Source: Octopus vulgaris (Eukaryota). From it: 64,000 bases of DNA. The stretch lies in NCBI GenBank assembly GCA_951406725.2, contig OX597821.1, positions 37,262,001 to 37,326,000 of the forward strand, given 5' to 3'. The notes under the pieces were generated by a model. That model searched no databases. It was not told the origin of the DNA and saw nothing but the letters and a program-made list of their open reading frames with translations. This document shows, one piece after another, positions 1-11,535 of the stretch; the stretch's first letter is position 1; the number at the start of each line of letters is the position of its first letter. The position numbers and the translations under genes are program-made.

Positions 1-276
1 CAAATAAAATATAACTTTGGATCATAATAAAAGTGAAATACTGTTTTCACTTAGAATAATTTTTTTTTTTAATGAGAAAATATGTTGCCAATTTGTTCTT
101 TCGTGCTATCTATACATTCACAATTGTTAAATATAAAAATACTGTTTATATTTTTAGATTTCAGAATGACTTATCGCACATCAGCTAAATTATGGTGGTG
201 TACTAATCTTAAGGGACTATAAATTTATTCTTTCTTTATTAAAAAAAAACAATTTTAGAAGACACATTTCTAAAAA

Positions 277-716
277 TTCGATGACTGGCAACCATGCTAG
301 TGGAGCGCTAAGAGCACCATTTGAGCATGATCGTTGCCAGAGCAGCTGACTGGCTTCCGTGCTGGTGGCATGTAAAAAGCACCATTCAAATGTGATTGTT
401 ACCAGCATCGCCTTACTGGTACTTGAAAAAACATTAGAGTGAGTTCATTGCCAGTGCCACTGGACTAGCTCCTGTACAGGTGGCATGTAAAAAACACCAT
501 TTGAGCATGGCTGTTGCCAGTACCGCCTGACTGGCCCTCGTGCCGGTGGCACGTAAAAGCACCCACTACACTCTTGGAGTGGTTGGCATTAGGAAGGGCA
601 TCTAGCTGTAGAAACTCTGCCAGATCAGATTGGAGCCTGGTGCAGCCATCTGGTTTGCCAGTCCTCAGTCAAATCGTCTAACCCATGCTAGCATGGAAAG
701 CGGACATTAAATGATG
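277..716 (+). mobile_element. RTE-tail repeat (modular GTGGCACGTAAAAAGCACC subrepeats)
   Basis: conserved 3' block GAGTGGTTGGCATTAGGAAGGGCATC...CCATGCTAGCATGGAAAGCGGACATTAAATGATG. Confidence 0.85.
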
Positions 717-1057
717 GTGTTGTGAGGTTTGTTGCACTCAGCAAAAAAGTCAGTTTTATATCAAAGTTTTGGACACTTTTTTACCGTATTAATGTTCTAT
801 GATTTATATTTGCAATGACCTGTCCAGTAGCTATTTTGATGAAGTTTTTCTGATTGAGCCATTTATATTCATTAATTTTTATATTAGTTCCCTTGTATTT
901 ATGATTCCTATGTCACTTGTTTGCATAAAATATTTTCTAAATGGCTACTACAGCTGGCATAGCAACTGTTGTGGCAGCAAATATAAATAGACAAGATCAG
1001 GATTAGAATACTAATACTAAACTTGGTTGATTAAATTCTTGACAATTTTTTTTACAG

Positions 1058-1132
1058 GATGTATTTTATTCTCGAAAGAAATTTAGACAGCCAGAAAAAC
1101 AACATGAAATTCATCAACGCTTTGAAGATGAG
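1058..1132 (+). CDS. AMD1: AdoMet decarboxylase internal exon (first in window; upstream exons lie outside)
   Basis: tttacag|GAT...GAG|gtaaaa, 75 nt; DVFYSRKKFRQPEKQHEIHQRFEDE aligns to human [25 protein letters not shown]. Confidence 0.95.
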
Positions 1133-1214
1133 GTAAAAGATTATTTCATTTAATTGTAATGAATGGCAAAAATTAAATTTGTTGGGAAAACTAATGATTT
1201 TAGCTAAATAAATA

Positions 1215-1410
1215 CTGATTTCAAATTTTGGAAGAGGAGATAAGTCGATTACATTGACCCCAGTACATAAGTGGTACTTATTTTATCAAACCTGAAAGGG
1301 TGCAAGGTAAAGTTGACTTCGTTGGAATTTGAACTCAGAATGTAAAGACAGATGAAATGCCACTAAGCATTTTGCCCAGCATGCCTAACGATTCTGCCAG
1401 CTCACCCCCT
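1215..1410 (-). mobile_element. SINE, same family as 12880-13118
   Basis: reverse complement of core and head. Confidence 0.78.
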
Positions 1411-2439
1411 TAGCTAAATAAATATCAAAGGAATGTGTTATTTCTGAAAATACTGTGTATAAATGTGATTATATAGTATAATTTTGGAGTAGTAAGTAGA
1501 ATGTCAGCTTACAATCTATTTGGTTGGCATTTTGTTTTCAATCACTGACATTTTGTTGCTAGTAAAGCCCTCTAATTTTCGAGGGCTTAATCCATCATAC
1601 TGTTTTGTTAGTTTGCAGGGCTTAGCTTAAATCTTTTCCTAGACCCTAAAGAAGTCAGTAGAAAACTATTTCTGTGTTTTCTTCTTTGAATTAGCACATG
1701 AGGTCAAAGTTTAGAATAGTGGGTAACAGGTCATTATTATTATTACATGTTATTTTATCTTCTTTTGAAAAATATGAACTTCCAAACAAAGATAATTAAA
1801 GACTGGATAATGAATCTGTTGGGATATGCCCATATGGAAAGTGTTAAGATGAAAACTAAATTAGGGTCAAAATTATTTCGGAAAGTTAGTCTGTAGAACT
1901 TGTTCATTTCTTACAGTCTATGTAAGTTGGCTGAATTAATAAATGTAGAGTTGCATGGTGTTGCCTAGAAGCTGAGTAGAAGTACAACTGTTTGTTTTGC
2001 TTGTTTAACATAAACAACTTACATCAAGTTTTTATGCAATACTTTTTGTTTGTAATACATTGGCCTGTATTTTTATTATGTTGATACATGTCTAAAGTTG
2101 ACTGTGTTGCTGTGTTTATTGACAATTTTAATTTTGTGGTTTAAAGAAATGCTGTGTTTTAATTTCTATCATCAACATTTAACATCTGTCTTCTTTGCTG
2201 GTTGAGGTTGGGCAGTTTCATAAGGGAGATGTTCAGAGATGGGGAAGAGGTAACTGTAGCAATTGATAGTGAGAGATATTGGAGTGGCTGGTAAAGTTGT
2301 ATGGTAGATATGTGAGGGCATGGAGAGTATGTGGGTGGGAAGATGGGCTGCAGAGGAGTTTTGAGAGGACAGATTATGTGTGTGTGTGAAGAGTGAGGGG
2401 CATGGCTGTAAAGGATATGCTTGTATGGCCACAATTGTA

Positions 2440-3050
2440 CTTAGCTTGATGTGTTTCCTCAAGCACAGCAAATCAGAAGTTTCAGTCCCTTGTCAACTCG
2501 TCTGTGTGGCTTAACATCTGAAGATCGTTTCTTGCCACTTTGTCCCTTGTGTTCCTGTTTACGTCTTACACAGATTCCCTCCACAATCAGAGATTGACAC
2601 TTAATGCTACTTTTCTCATTCATATGCATCACATGATCATATCAGTGCAGTCTTTTCTCTTGCACACTGCATTTGATGCCTCTTATGCCCAGTTTTCTTC
2701 CACAGACTCTTACTCTCTCTCGTACATGCCTACTGACATTGCACATCCAGCAGAGCCTTCTAGCTTCATTTCTTTCAAGCCTTCACATGTCGTCTGCAGT
2801 CACAGCCCTTGTTTCACTGCCATGTAGTGCAGCTGTCTGTATTCAGGGCCTCTCTCCTTCAGAGTGACGAGCAGAGTGTATGATGTCTGAGAACGGATCC
2901 GGCATCATAGACCCTTTGCCTGTCACTCTGAAGGAATGGCTCTTTGTTACCAAAAAAAGGAATAGATCTCTGAACTATGCCCATTGGGACACTGCTCAAC
3001 ACATCTACATTGAAGTCACCAGCCATGACAACATAAGGTTTTTGTCATTT
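2440..3050 (-). mobile_element. RTE-clade LINE 3' ORF fragment
   Basis: homologous to 56750-57200 (HGSE.W, RLERNEA..L.WM, RRL.W.GHV motifs). Confidence 0.75.
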
Positions 3051-3845
3051 ATCATTGAGGTTGTTTGCAGAGGGATTTCTATGATGTGTATGCTTATGTC
3101 CATATGTGTTTGCATCCATGTTTGTGTGTGTGTGTGTCATTGATCTTAATAGCAGTATGACCTTTCCCTTAGCCCCAGCCTCTAACCCCGTTGTTGCTGC
3201 TGCTGTCCTAGGACCCGAAAATTTGTTACAGTTCCTGTATCTCTCTGTGTTTGTGTCTTGCAACACAAATTCATAAACGTATTATTAAGTTGTAAACTAT
3301 TCTAATACTAATAAAGCTGATACCAGCCAACAAATGGTGGATGAAAAGAGGAAAATATAAAATCATCAAGCAGTGAAATCTCTCTCTCTCTCTCTCTTTC
3401 TTTCTCTCTCTCACATTAAGAGAAATAAGAAACCAAGCAATATTGTTGATATTGTAAGCTTCTAAAACTGTTTCAGTAACTACCAAGAGTGTATACATCC
3501 ACATGATTATTAACAATAACAGTAAGTTATATAACTTAATTATCAATAATAGTTATTATAAAAAAATTATTCATAATTAACAATTGGTATAATAATCATA
3601 TGAGTAATGAGGAATGGTTGCAATTACATATGAGTTATCTTGTTGGGAAGGATTTAAATTTTAACTTCTTTATCTTTATTGCAAGTATGAATGTATGGTG
3701 TGTGATAGTAAAGGAAAGATAATGCTGAAATATGTGTGTGTCAGCATATGTTTCTATATCTGTGAAACATTGAAGTTTATTGCTTACAATGAATATATAA
3801 AAACAAACCAATGTGGTTAATATATTGTTTCTTTTTCTGTTATAG

Positions 3846-3873
3846 GTCAGTCATTTGGATGAATTATTCAATA
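3846..3873 (+). CDS. AMD1: AdoMetDC 28-nt microexon
   Basis: ttatag|GTC...AATA|gtaagt; VSHLDELFN matches human IEFLNAIFP; phase 0 to 1 joins both neighbours. Confidence 0.9.
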
Positions 3874-4074
3874 GTAAGTAATATTTTAGATAATTTAACA
3901 AAAAAGCATAGTCATATACATGCAAATTGGTCCCAAAGCTATACTAAGTGTAAAAGCAGTTGCATGCACACATGCTAGGGTCAGTGTTAACCAGAAACCC
4001 AACAGGACCAAAAACAAGCCCCCTACCTATACATGGTATTGTCTACACACCTCATCAGCATCCACCATAAAGAC

Positions 4075-4606
4075 ATCATCATCATCATCGTTTAACGTCC
4101 GCTTTCCATGCTAGCATGGGTTGGACGAATGACTGAGGGCTGGCGAACCAGATGGCTGCACCAGGCTTCAATCTTGATCTGGCAGTTTCAACGGCTGGAT
4201 GCCCTTCCTAACGCCAACCACTCCCAGAGTGTAGTGGGTGCTTTTTATGTGCCACTGGCATGGAGGCCAGTCAGGTACTGGCAACGACCTCACTCGAATC
4301 TTTTACACATGTCACTGGCACAGGTGCCAGTAAGGCGATGCTGGTAACGATCACACTCGAATGGTGTCTTTTACGTGCCACTGGCATGGAAGCCAGATAG
4401 CCGCTCTGGCAATGATCATGCTCGGATGGTGCTCTTAATACCCTACCAGCATGAGGCTCGAGTGCCAGTAAGGCGATACTGGTAACGATCACGCTCGAAT
4501 GGTGCCTTTTAAGTGCCACTGGCACTGAAGCCGGTTAGCCGCTCTGTCAATGGTCACACTCGTATGGTGCTCTTTGCATCCTGCTAGCACGGACGCCAGT
4601 CATCGA
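4075..4606 (-). mobile_element. RTE-tail repeat, same subfamily as 277-716
   Basis: (CAT)n tail, same 5' start TTCGATGACTGGC, TSD AAGACAT (4070-4076 / 4606-4612). Confidence 0.88.
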
Positions 4607-5239
4607 AGACATGCAAAAGACATAAGTGTGTGTGTATAATGTGTGTAAGCATCTTAAGAGAAAAGTAGAGGCATAAGAGGCATCAGATGTGGTGTGCTAG
4701 AGAGACAACTGCCAAGTGAAATCTTAGTCATGGCTGATCTTGGTGTCTTGTAACTGGCACCGATGTTGGTAGCACTTAGAGAGCACTGTTGGCACATTGG
4801 GCTTCACAGAGGCAAAGTGGCTGAGTTCCTTTCAAGTGTTGGGCCCCACGGAGGCAAAAGTGGCCAAGTTCCTTTCAAGTGTATGTGTGTCTTTAGTATT
4901 TGTCCGAGTGTTGTGTGTGTGTGTATGCATTTGTTCGCGCGCGTGCGCGTGTGTGTGCATGTGTATGTTTGTGTGTTTTTTGTGTTGGTGAGGATGTTAT
5001 GTGTGTACGTTAGTGTGTGTGTCTCTAAGTGGTTGTGTTATAATTGTCCTGGTGGTGCGTGTGTGTGAGGGTGCATATATATGTGTGTGTTGTATTAGGG
5101 GTTCTGTGTATGCATTTGAACATCCTGAGTATGCATTTGTGTGTGTGTGTGTGTGTGTATATATATGTGTGGTTATGGTTTATGTAGTTTCTGGGTGTGT
5201 GCTGTATTTGCGAGTGGTTTATTTTGTTTGTATTGTTAC

Positions 5240-5340
5240 TTTCTTGCAAACTGTTTTTAACATTTTCTTATTATCAAAGGATGTATAACTGTATTTTAAT
5301 ACTTTTCTGACAACCAGTACTTAACGCAACAAAGCTTTAC
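5240..5340 (+). repeat. unclassified dispersed repeat, second copy at 53350-53453
   Basis: CTGTTTTTAACATTTTCTTATTAT...GACAACCAGTACTTA...AACAAAGCTTT in both places. Confidence 0.75.
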
Positions 5341-5651
5341 ATTTTACTTTTGACAATCTTTTTCCAAAAAAGTGAAACTGGTCAAGTCAATAAACATGTC
5401 TAAAACTCCATTGCATTTTCAAACCTTCTTTCATATATATATATATATATAATACAAATAAGAAAATGGAGAAACATATTTAGTTTGTTCATCAACTTTT
5501 GGATATTATAATGTTGGATTATTTATTCGTTTAACAAAATGAGAACCTCAATAGCATGCATATATATCTTATAATTCAATACATATAAGATAAGAAAACA
5601 AATTATAAAAGTCATAATATAAAATAAATTGTTGAAATCATTAAAATCACT

Positions 5652-5783
5652 CCTTACAGCTGTTTCAGCCTATGGCTAAAAATAGTTAATTTTATTTTTA
5701 TTGCTTATGGGTATGAACATACTGAGATTGTAGGCATTTAAAAATAGGGTGCTTATATATACAACCATAGGCCTCGTCAGAGG
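5652..5783 (-). ncRNA. type I minimal hammerhead ribozyme (Penelope-like), intact core
   Basis: CCU-CUGACGA-[GGCCUAUGGUU...85 nt...AGCCAUAGGCU]-GAAACAGCUGUA-AGG. Confidence 0.7.
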
Positions 5784-5894
5784 TTATAAGGAACTTTAAA
5801 AATATTAATATTAATACATTAAACATGATACACGTATTATTTAATATGCATAAAAAATATGAACAAATATCTATATAGGCATATACATATATGC

Positions 5895-6188
5895 GTGGGT
5901 TGTTACCAGTGCTGCCTGACTGGCTCCCCATGCCAGTGGCACATAAAAAGCACCATCTGGACGTGGCTGATGCCAGTGCTGCCTGACTGGCTCGCGTGCC
6001 AATGGCACGTAAAAAGCACTCACTACACTCTCGGAATGGTTGGCGTTAGGAAGGGCATCCCGCTGTAGAAACCTTACCAGATCAGATTGGAACCTGGTGC
6101 AGCCTCCTGTCTTGCCAGTCCCCAGTCAAACCGTCCAACCCATGTCAGAATGGAAAATGGATGTTATTAAACAATGATGATGATGAGG
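5895..6188 (+). mobile_element. RTE-tail repeat
   Basis: same 3' block and (GAT)n tail. Confidence 0.85.
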
Positions 6189-6312
6189 GTCGTGTTCTGT
6201 TTCTTGTTATTTTCATACTGTTGCTATTTGTTAGGAATGGAGGAACACAATGTTTTGTTACATTACTTAAGGTCTTTTCTAGTGTTTCTTATATTTTTGT
6301 CTTTGCATTCAG

Positions 6313-6355
6313 ATGGTGTTGCCTACACTCTAGGAAGAATAAATAAAGATTGTTG
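6313..6355 (+). CDS. AMD1: AdoMetDC exon
   Basis: ttcag|AT...TG|gtaagt, 43 nt; (N)GVAYTLGRINKDC(W) matches human NGAAYCMGRMNSDCW. Confidence 0.95.
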
Positions 6356-7662
6356 GTAAGTACATTACAAATGCAATTATAGCCAAATAATTAATTTTTT
6401 TTTTGCTTCTGTTATTACTGACATTGGTTTGCAAAGTTCTACTTTCCTTCTGTCTTCTGAAGTTAGGATATTTCTGTCTTGATTCTTCATTTTCAGTCTA
6501 TTCCAATCCAAATTTTACTTTGTTTATTGTTCAAATTTCTGCTTTCATTATAAAAATAATTCTCTGTAGAACTGCTTTGTTAGAGACAGGTCACAGATGA
6601 TGGATAGCGATCTGGTCACCAGATATAATGGTTAATTATGAGATTAGCAGGCACTTACTGGACAAATAAGCAACCCTGTATCAACAGTAATCTGTTGGGG
6701 GAAATGGAGCATTGGGTGACTTTGTTATCTCTCAAGAAAACTCTCACAACCCAGTGATGTAGTTATGACATGGTGAGTAAAGGCCACCTCAGATAAAAAG
6801 CCTTGTTTTTGTTGATTTGAGAAAATTACCAAATTGGTAAATGACATAAATACGACCGCTAAAAATTGCAATATCATCATCATCATCATTTAATATAGAG
6901 GCAATAAAAGTGTTCATACAAGATTGTCCTTTAAACAGGGTAACAAGAGACATGTTCAAGCATTAGGTGGAGGGGTCAGTCCATAAAGTATATTGCAGTC
7001 TCCATCCAATGTTGTGAAAATGGGTGATGGGCCTGCAACCTGTCCTGGGAAGTGTGAAATCAATGCACAAAGTTTACATATCTTGAGCCCTCAAAAAGGG
7101 TCTAGAAGGGAGCAAATCCTAACCGTTGATAACTAGAATGTGATAACATTAAGGAGCAGGAACTGGTGGATGAAGCCAGATGCTTCTGGCTGGATATAGT
7201 TGGGATTTCCTCAATGAAGTTCTCTGCCTCTGCTACTAAACAAACAAACAAAAATTTTTTAAAATCAAATTTAAGGTGGATGTGGGTCCTTAGAATTTCA
7301 GTCATTGCATTTGCTTAAGGTTCTCTTTGGTTGAGTTCATTGAATGAAGCTGTTTGGTTGCTGATGCAGTTGAAAATGATGGAATCCTTGATTCTCCTGG
7401 TGAGATCTGTATTGTTGCAGTATGATGAATTGGATCCAAAAGCTACAACCACAGTTGTTAATTGTATTAATTCATGAATAGTCAGATTAATTCTTCAAAA
7501 AAGTAGCATTGCAGTCCAGAGTTTTTTTTCTTTCATTATTGTTTTTTTTCCTTTTTTTATCCTGTTTTATCTTTGGAGTGTTTGCTGGAAATCCTCAATA
7601 GATTCTCCTTGTTATTAATGTTTCTCTGAATTTACATTCAATTAATTTTTGTTTTTGTTTAG

Positions 7663-7717
7663 GTATCTGTATACATTGGATGATGAAAAAATTTCAGAAC
7701 CTGATCAAACATTTGAA
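7663..7717 (+). CDS. AMD1: AdoMetDC exon ending at a U12 AT donor
   Basis: tttag|G TAT...GAA|atatcctt, 55 nt; (W)YLYTLDDEKISEPDQTFE matches human WYLYTLD...ISQPDQTLE. Confidence 0.93.
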
Positions 7718-8536
7718 ATATCCTTAACTATATTGACAAATATCATCAAAAATATTATTTGAAAGCTGTAGGTATTACATTCCCTAAAAAGATCTACTTT
7801 TTCAAATTGACTGAATGTTTTTTTTTTATTGACACACATGTTGAAATGGTAAACTGTTAATTAATTGATTTCTACCTTGTTTATATTCATATTTCTTTTT
7901 GGCATTGTAGCATCTTCAAAGAAGTGATTTAAATATAAAATGCTACAGTTTGCATCCTGGTTGAATAATAACGTTCAATTCGAGTAAAACATATTGGACA
8001 CCACTAGTTTTTTTATTAGCTTATGAAATATAAACAAAAGAAACATTTAGCAGTTGATATTATCTTTTTCTTGCAAATAAGCACAGCAAATACCACCAGA
8101 CTTAAAATAAGATAGCTATTTTAAGCACAAAATATTGAAATATATCACAACTAAATACAGAAGACATTAGAAATTCTCTCATACAATTAAAATTATTGCT
8201 AATAAAAAATCTATGTAGTCTTTTACAAAAAGCAGAACACACAAAACCCCATAAATCCTCTAGTTTTAATTCAATCAGTAAGGAGAGGTTAGTGTTGTCT
8301 TAATGATACAGTTAGGAAAAGCCTGACTGTGAATTGGAGTGGTGGTTTGATCTAAGTATCAACATCACAAAAACGAATGAATTAATTTGTAAAAGAGAGA
8401 CAAAAATCCCATTATCACTGAAAGAATGGTCTTACTCAAAGAAAAATAGGAAATAAATTAATATGGCATACTCTGCAGTCATAAGTTTTCTACTGTACTG
8501 ACTGAACCCCAGCATTTTATATGCTTCATATATATA

Positions 8537-8575
<39 letters not shown>

Positions 8576-9512
8576 CATCATCGTATAAAAATTATTCGAT
8601 CCTTTTTCCAAGAAATCTAATGCTCGTAGCTTAGTTTTTCCTTGGGACTGGCCGGATCGGAGCGATATCAGGATTAATCAGCCGAAATTGCTAAGATGAT
8701 CCGGTTCCCGACTGAAGATTAGAGGCTTCGAATGACCCGTCTGTTTTTTTGTGTCGTCTCTTTGTGTGGTTTGCCTTCTTGTCCCCTTTTGTAATTTTTA
8801 TATATAATTTTTATACATATATTATTGCGGTGTAACGTACCCCTTTCTCCTATATATATATACAGTTGTTGTGTAACTCCTGGTCAACCCTGCTCAAACA
8901 GACTTATGATCAAGAGCATTCCATCTTTCATGACATTTTTTTTTTTATCAGCCATTGTGTATCTATCATCCAAGGTGTCCTTTCTTTTTTATTATGGTAG
9001 GGTGATTCAAGAGGGATTTATTTCTAGTAAGTCAAGCAATGAGAGGATCTCTTGCTGGCTGGTGTAAAGAGGTCAGGGCAATTCATCCTCAGTTAACATC
9101 TGCTCTCCATGATGGCATGGGCTGGAGCTGATGAGTTGGAGAACTGCACCAGGTTCCAGTCTGATTTGGCATGGTTTCTACAGCTGGATGTCCTTCCTAA
9201 TGCCAACCACTCCAAGAGTGTAATGAGTGCTTTTACATGCCGCCAGCAACAACCATAACTATGATTCACGGGTGCCATATACATAGCAGTGGCCAGCAAA
9301 GTGGCTTCTTGACAAAATAAGAAGCCACTAATGGAGGTGAAGTGGGAAAAGTAATTTTGGTCAGGAATTAAATATTCAAGAGTGAAACTAATCCAAACTG
9401 TATGAAGGCCAAGACAAATTGGTTAGTGAACTGGCGAAACTATGGAAAGAACAGATTTTAAATCCAGAGAAGGATGATAGAAACTAATGAGTTAGGAGAA
9501 GAGTTTGTGTGA

Positions 9513-9825
9513 AGGCCTGTGGCTAAGTGGTTAGGGCATTCAGCTTACGATCATAAGGTCATGAGTTCAATTCCTTTCTGTGTTGTGTCCTTGAGCAAAA
9601 CACTTTACTTTTATGTTGTTCCACTCCACTCAGCTGGCCAAAATGAGTAGTACCTGTAATTACAAAGGGGCCAGCTTTGTCACACCCTGTGTCCTGTTGA
9701 ATCTCCATGAGAACTACGTTTAATGTACACATGTATGTGGAATACTCAACCCCTTGCATGTTAATTTCATGAGCAGACTGCTCCGTTGATCAGATCAAGT
9801 GGAACCCTTGTTGTCATAATCAGTG
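9513..9825 (+). mobile_element. third tRNA-derived SINE family
   Basis: GTGGCTAAGTGGTTAGGGCATT...GAGTTCAATTCC head followed by GTGTCCTTGAGCAAAACACTTTAC. Confidence 0.72.
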
Positions 9826-10289
9826 GAGCACCGAGAGAAGAGTTTATAGAAACAAATAAGTCAAAAAATGGTGAAAAGTTAAGCAAAAAGATTCGTACGA
9901 CAATTTGGATGTTCAACTGGCAGATGTTGAACGATGATGTTAAGACAGGAACTGAGCATTGAAGACAGTGGCCAGTGTGTACGTAGAAAACAGTCATGCT
10001 ATTAGAAATACTTAATACTGATTGAGTGAAAAAAAAATCTTGTGGCCAATAAAGGAAAACCAAATATACAGGAAAAAGAGAGGTTAGGTTTGGGATGCTG
10101 GGCTTCAATGATGATAACATAATGGAAGGTTGGAGCAAATATTTGAAATAGAGCATGAAGATTTTCATTTGCATTATTGTTGTTCTGAGTGATGAATGTC
10201 AGAATATTTTATGATATTTAGTTGCATTCTGAGATCAAATCTTACTGAACTGATTTTACCAGTCATTGTTCAGGGAGTTAAACTATGTA

Positions 10290-11535
10290 ACAATGAAATA
10301 TTGAGTTTGATTAAAGTGACTGAGCTGGTCACCTGCATCGTTAATCAGGTTATTCAGGAAGGTGTAATACCCAGTGACTGGAGTAGCAGCGTAATTGTTA
10401 GGTATGACAAGGGTAAGGGTGATGCATTTGATAGAAGCAACTATAGTGGCATCTAACTTCCTGGACAAGATGCTGGAAATTATGGAGAGAGTCATCAATT
10501 AATTTGGAGCAGAATTGAGCTAGACAAAATGTAGTTGGGCTTTGTCTGGGGAAGAAGTATTACTGACGTTATCTTCATAGTCCGGCAACTGCAAGAGAAG
10601 TATTTAGCTAAGAATAAACCAGCCTTCGATAGAGTGCCCCACTGTGTGATGTGGTGGGCGCTGAGGAGGCTAGGAATAGACGAGTGACTGGTGAAAGCTG
10701 TGCAGGCCATGTACAAAGGGAGGATGCATGGAGAGTGTGATAGCTAGATTAAGAATAGGATGAAGGAAATGCAGAGAGCTGTTACCTCTGTTGGCCACAA
10801 AAGGTTTCTTTCTCAGAGTGAAAGAAAGATTGTATGATGCATGTATACAGACAACAATTCTACATGATAGTTGAGACAAGGGCTCTGAATGCAGAGAATA
10901 TGCAAAGGTTAGAAAGGAATAAGGCTAGTCTGCTCCACTGGATGTATAATGTAAGTGTGCATGTTTTGACAGATTGTCAGTGCTCTGAGAGAGAAGTTAG
11001 ACATAAGGGGAATTTGTTGCAAGAGAGCAGACTGCACTAGTTTGGTCATGATGTGGATGGATGGCAACAGTGCCATAAAAATGTGCCGATCTCCCAAAGT
11101 GGGTGGAACACATGGAAGTGGGAGGCTGGGAAGACAGGAGATGAAGTACTGAAGATGACCTCAGGAAGCTGAACCTTTCAGGTGAGATGGCAAAAGACTG
11201 AGATGCCTGGTGCCTTGCTATAACCAAGAAGACCTGTACTTTGCGGCAGACATGTTAAGACCAATCCTGCTGCTGGTGTAAAGCACTCGTGATGATGCTA
11301 CATAAAAGTGCCCAAACGGCGACATGTAAAAGCATCTGTGTGGCATCATGTAAAAGAGCCCATGCAGTACCACGCAAAAGCACTCTGCACACTCTGTAAA
11401 GGGGTTGGTATTAGGAGGGGCATCCAGCTGTAGAAACTGTACTACATCAGACTGGAGTCTGGTGCAGCTTGCCAGTTCTGATCACACTGTCCAGCCGATA
11501 CCAGCATGGATAACTTATGTTTAATGATGATGATA
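10290..11535 (+). mobile_element. RTE-clade LINE, internally deleted, with 3' UTR and (GAT)n tail
   Basis: IPSDWSSSVIV..KGKGDA.DRSNY.GI, RQLQEKYLAKNKP.AFDRVP, RLERNKASLLHWM. Confidence 0.88.

Noticed and set aside
150-215. Possible further AMD1 exon after tttttag/ttcag
   Set aside because: Translations do not resemble the expected upstream AdoMetDC segment and there is no good donor.
4763-5288. Cys/Val-rich ORFs (also 24248-24936, 46561-47091, 52842-53836)
   Set aside because: Translations of (TG)n/(TA)n microsatellites.
8585-8800. CpG-rich insert with CTGAAGA...CGAA as a fourth hammerhead
   Set aside because: No convincing stem II, and GAA is followed by T with no A15.1-U16.1 pair; left as an unclassified repeat.
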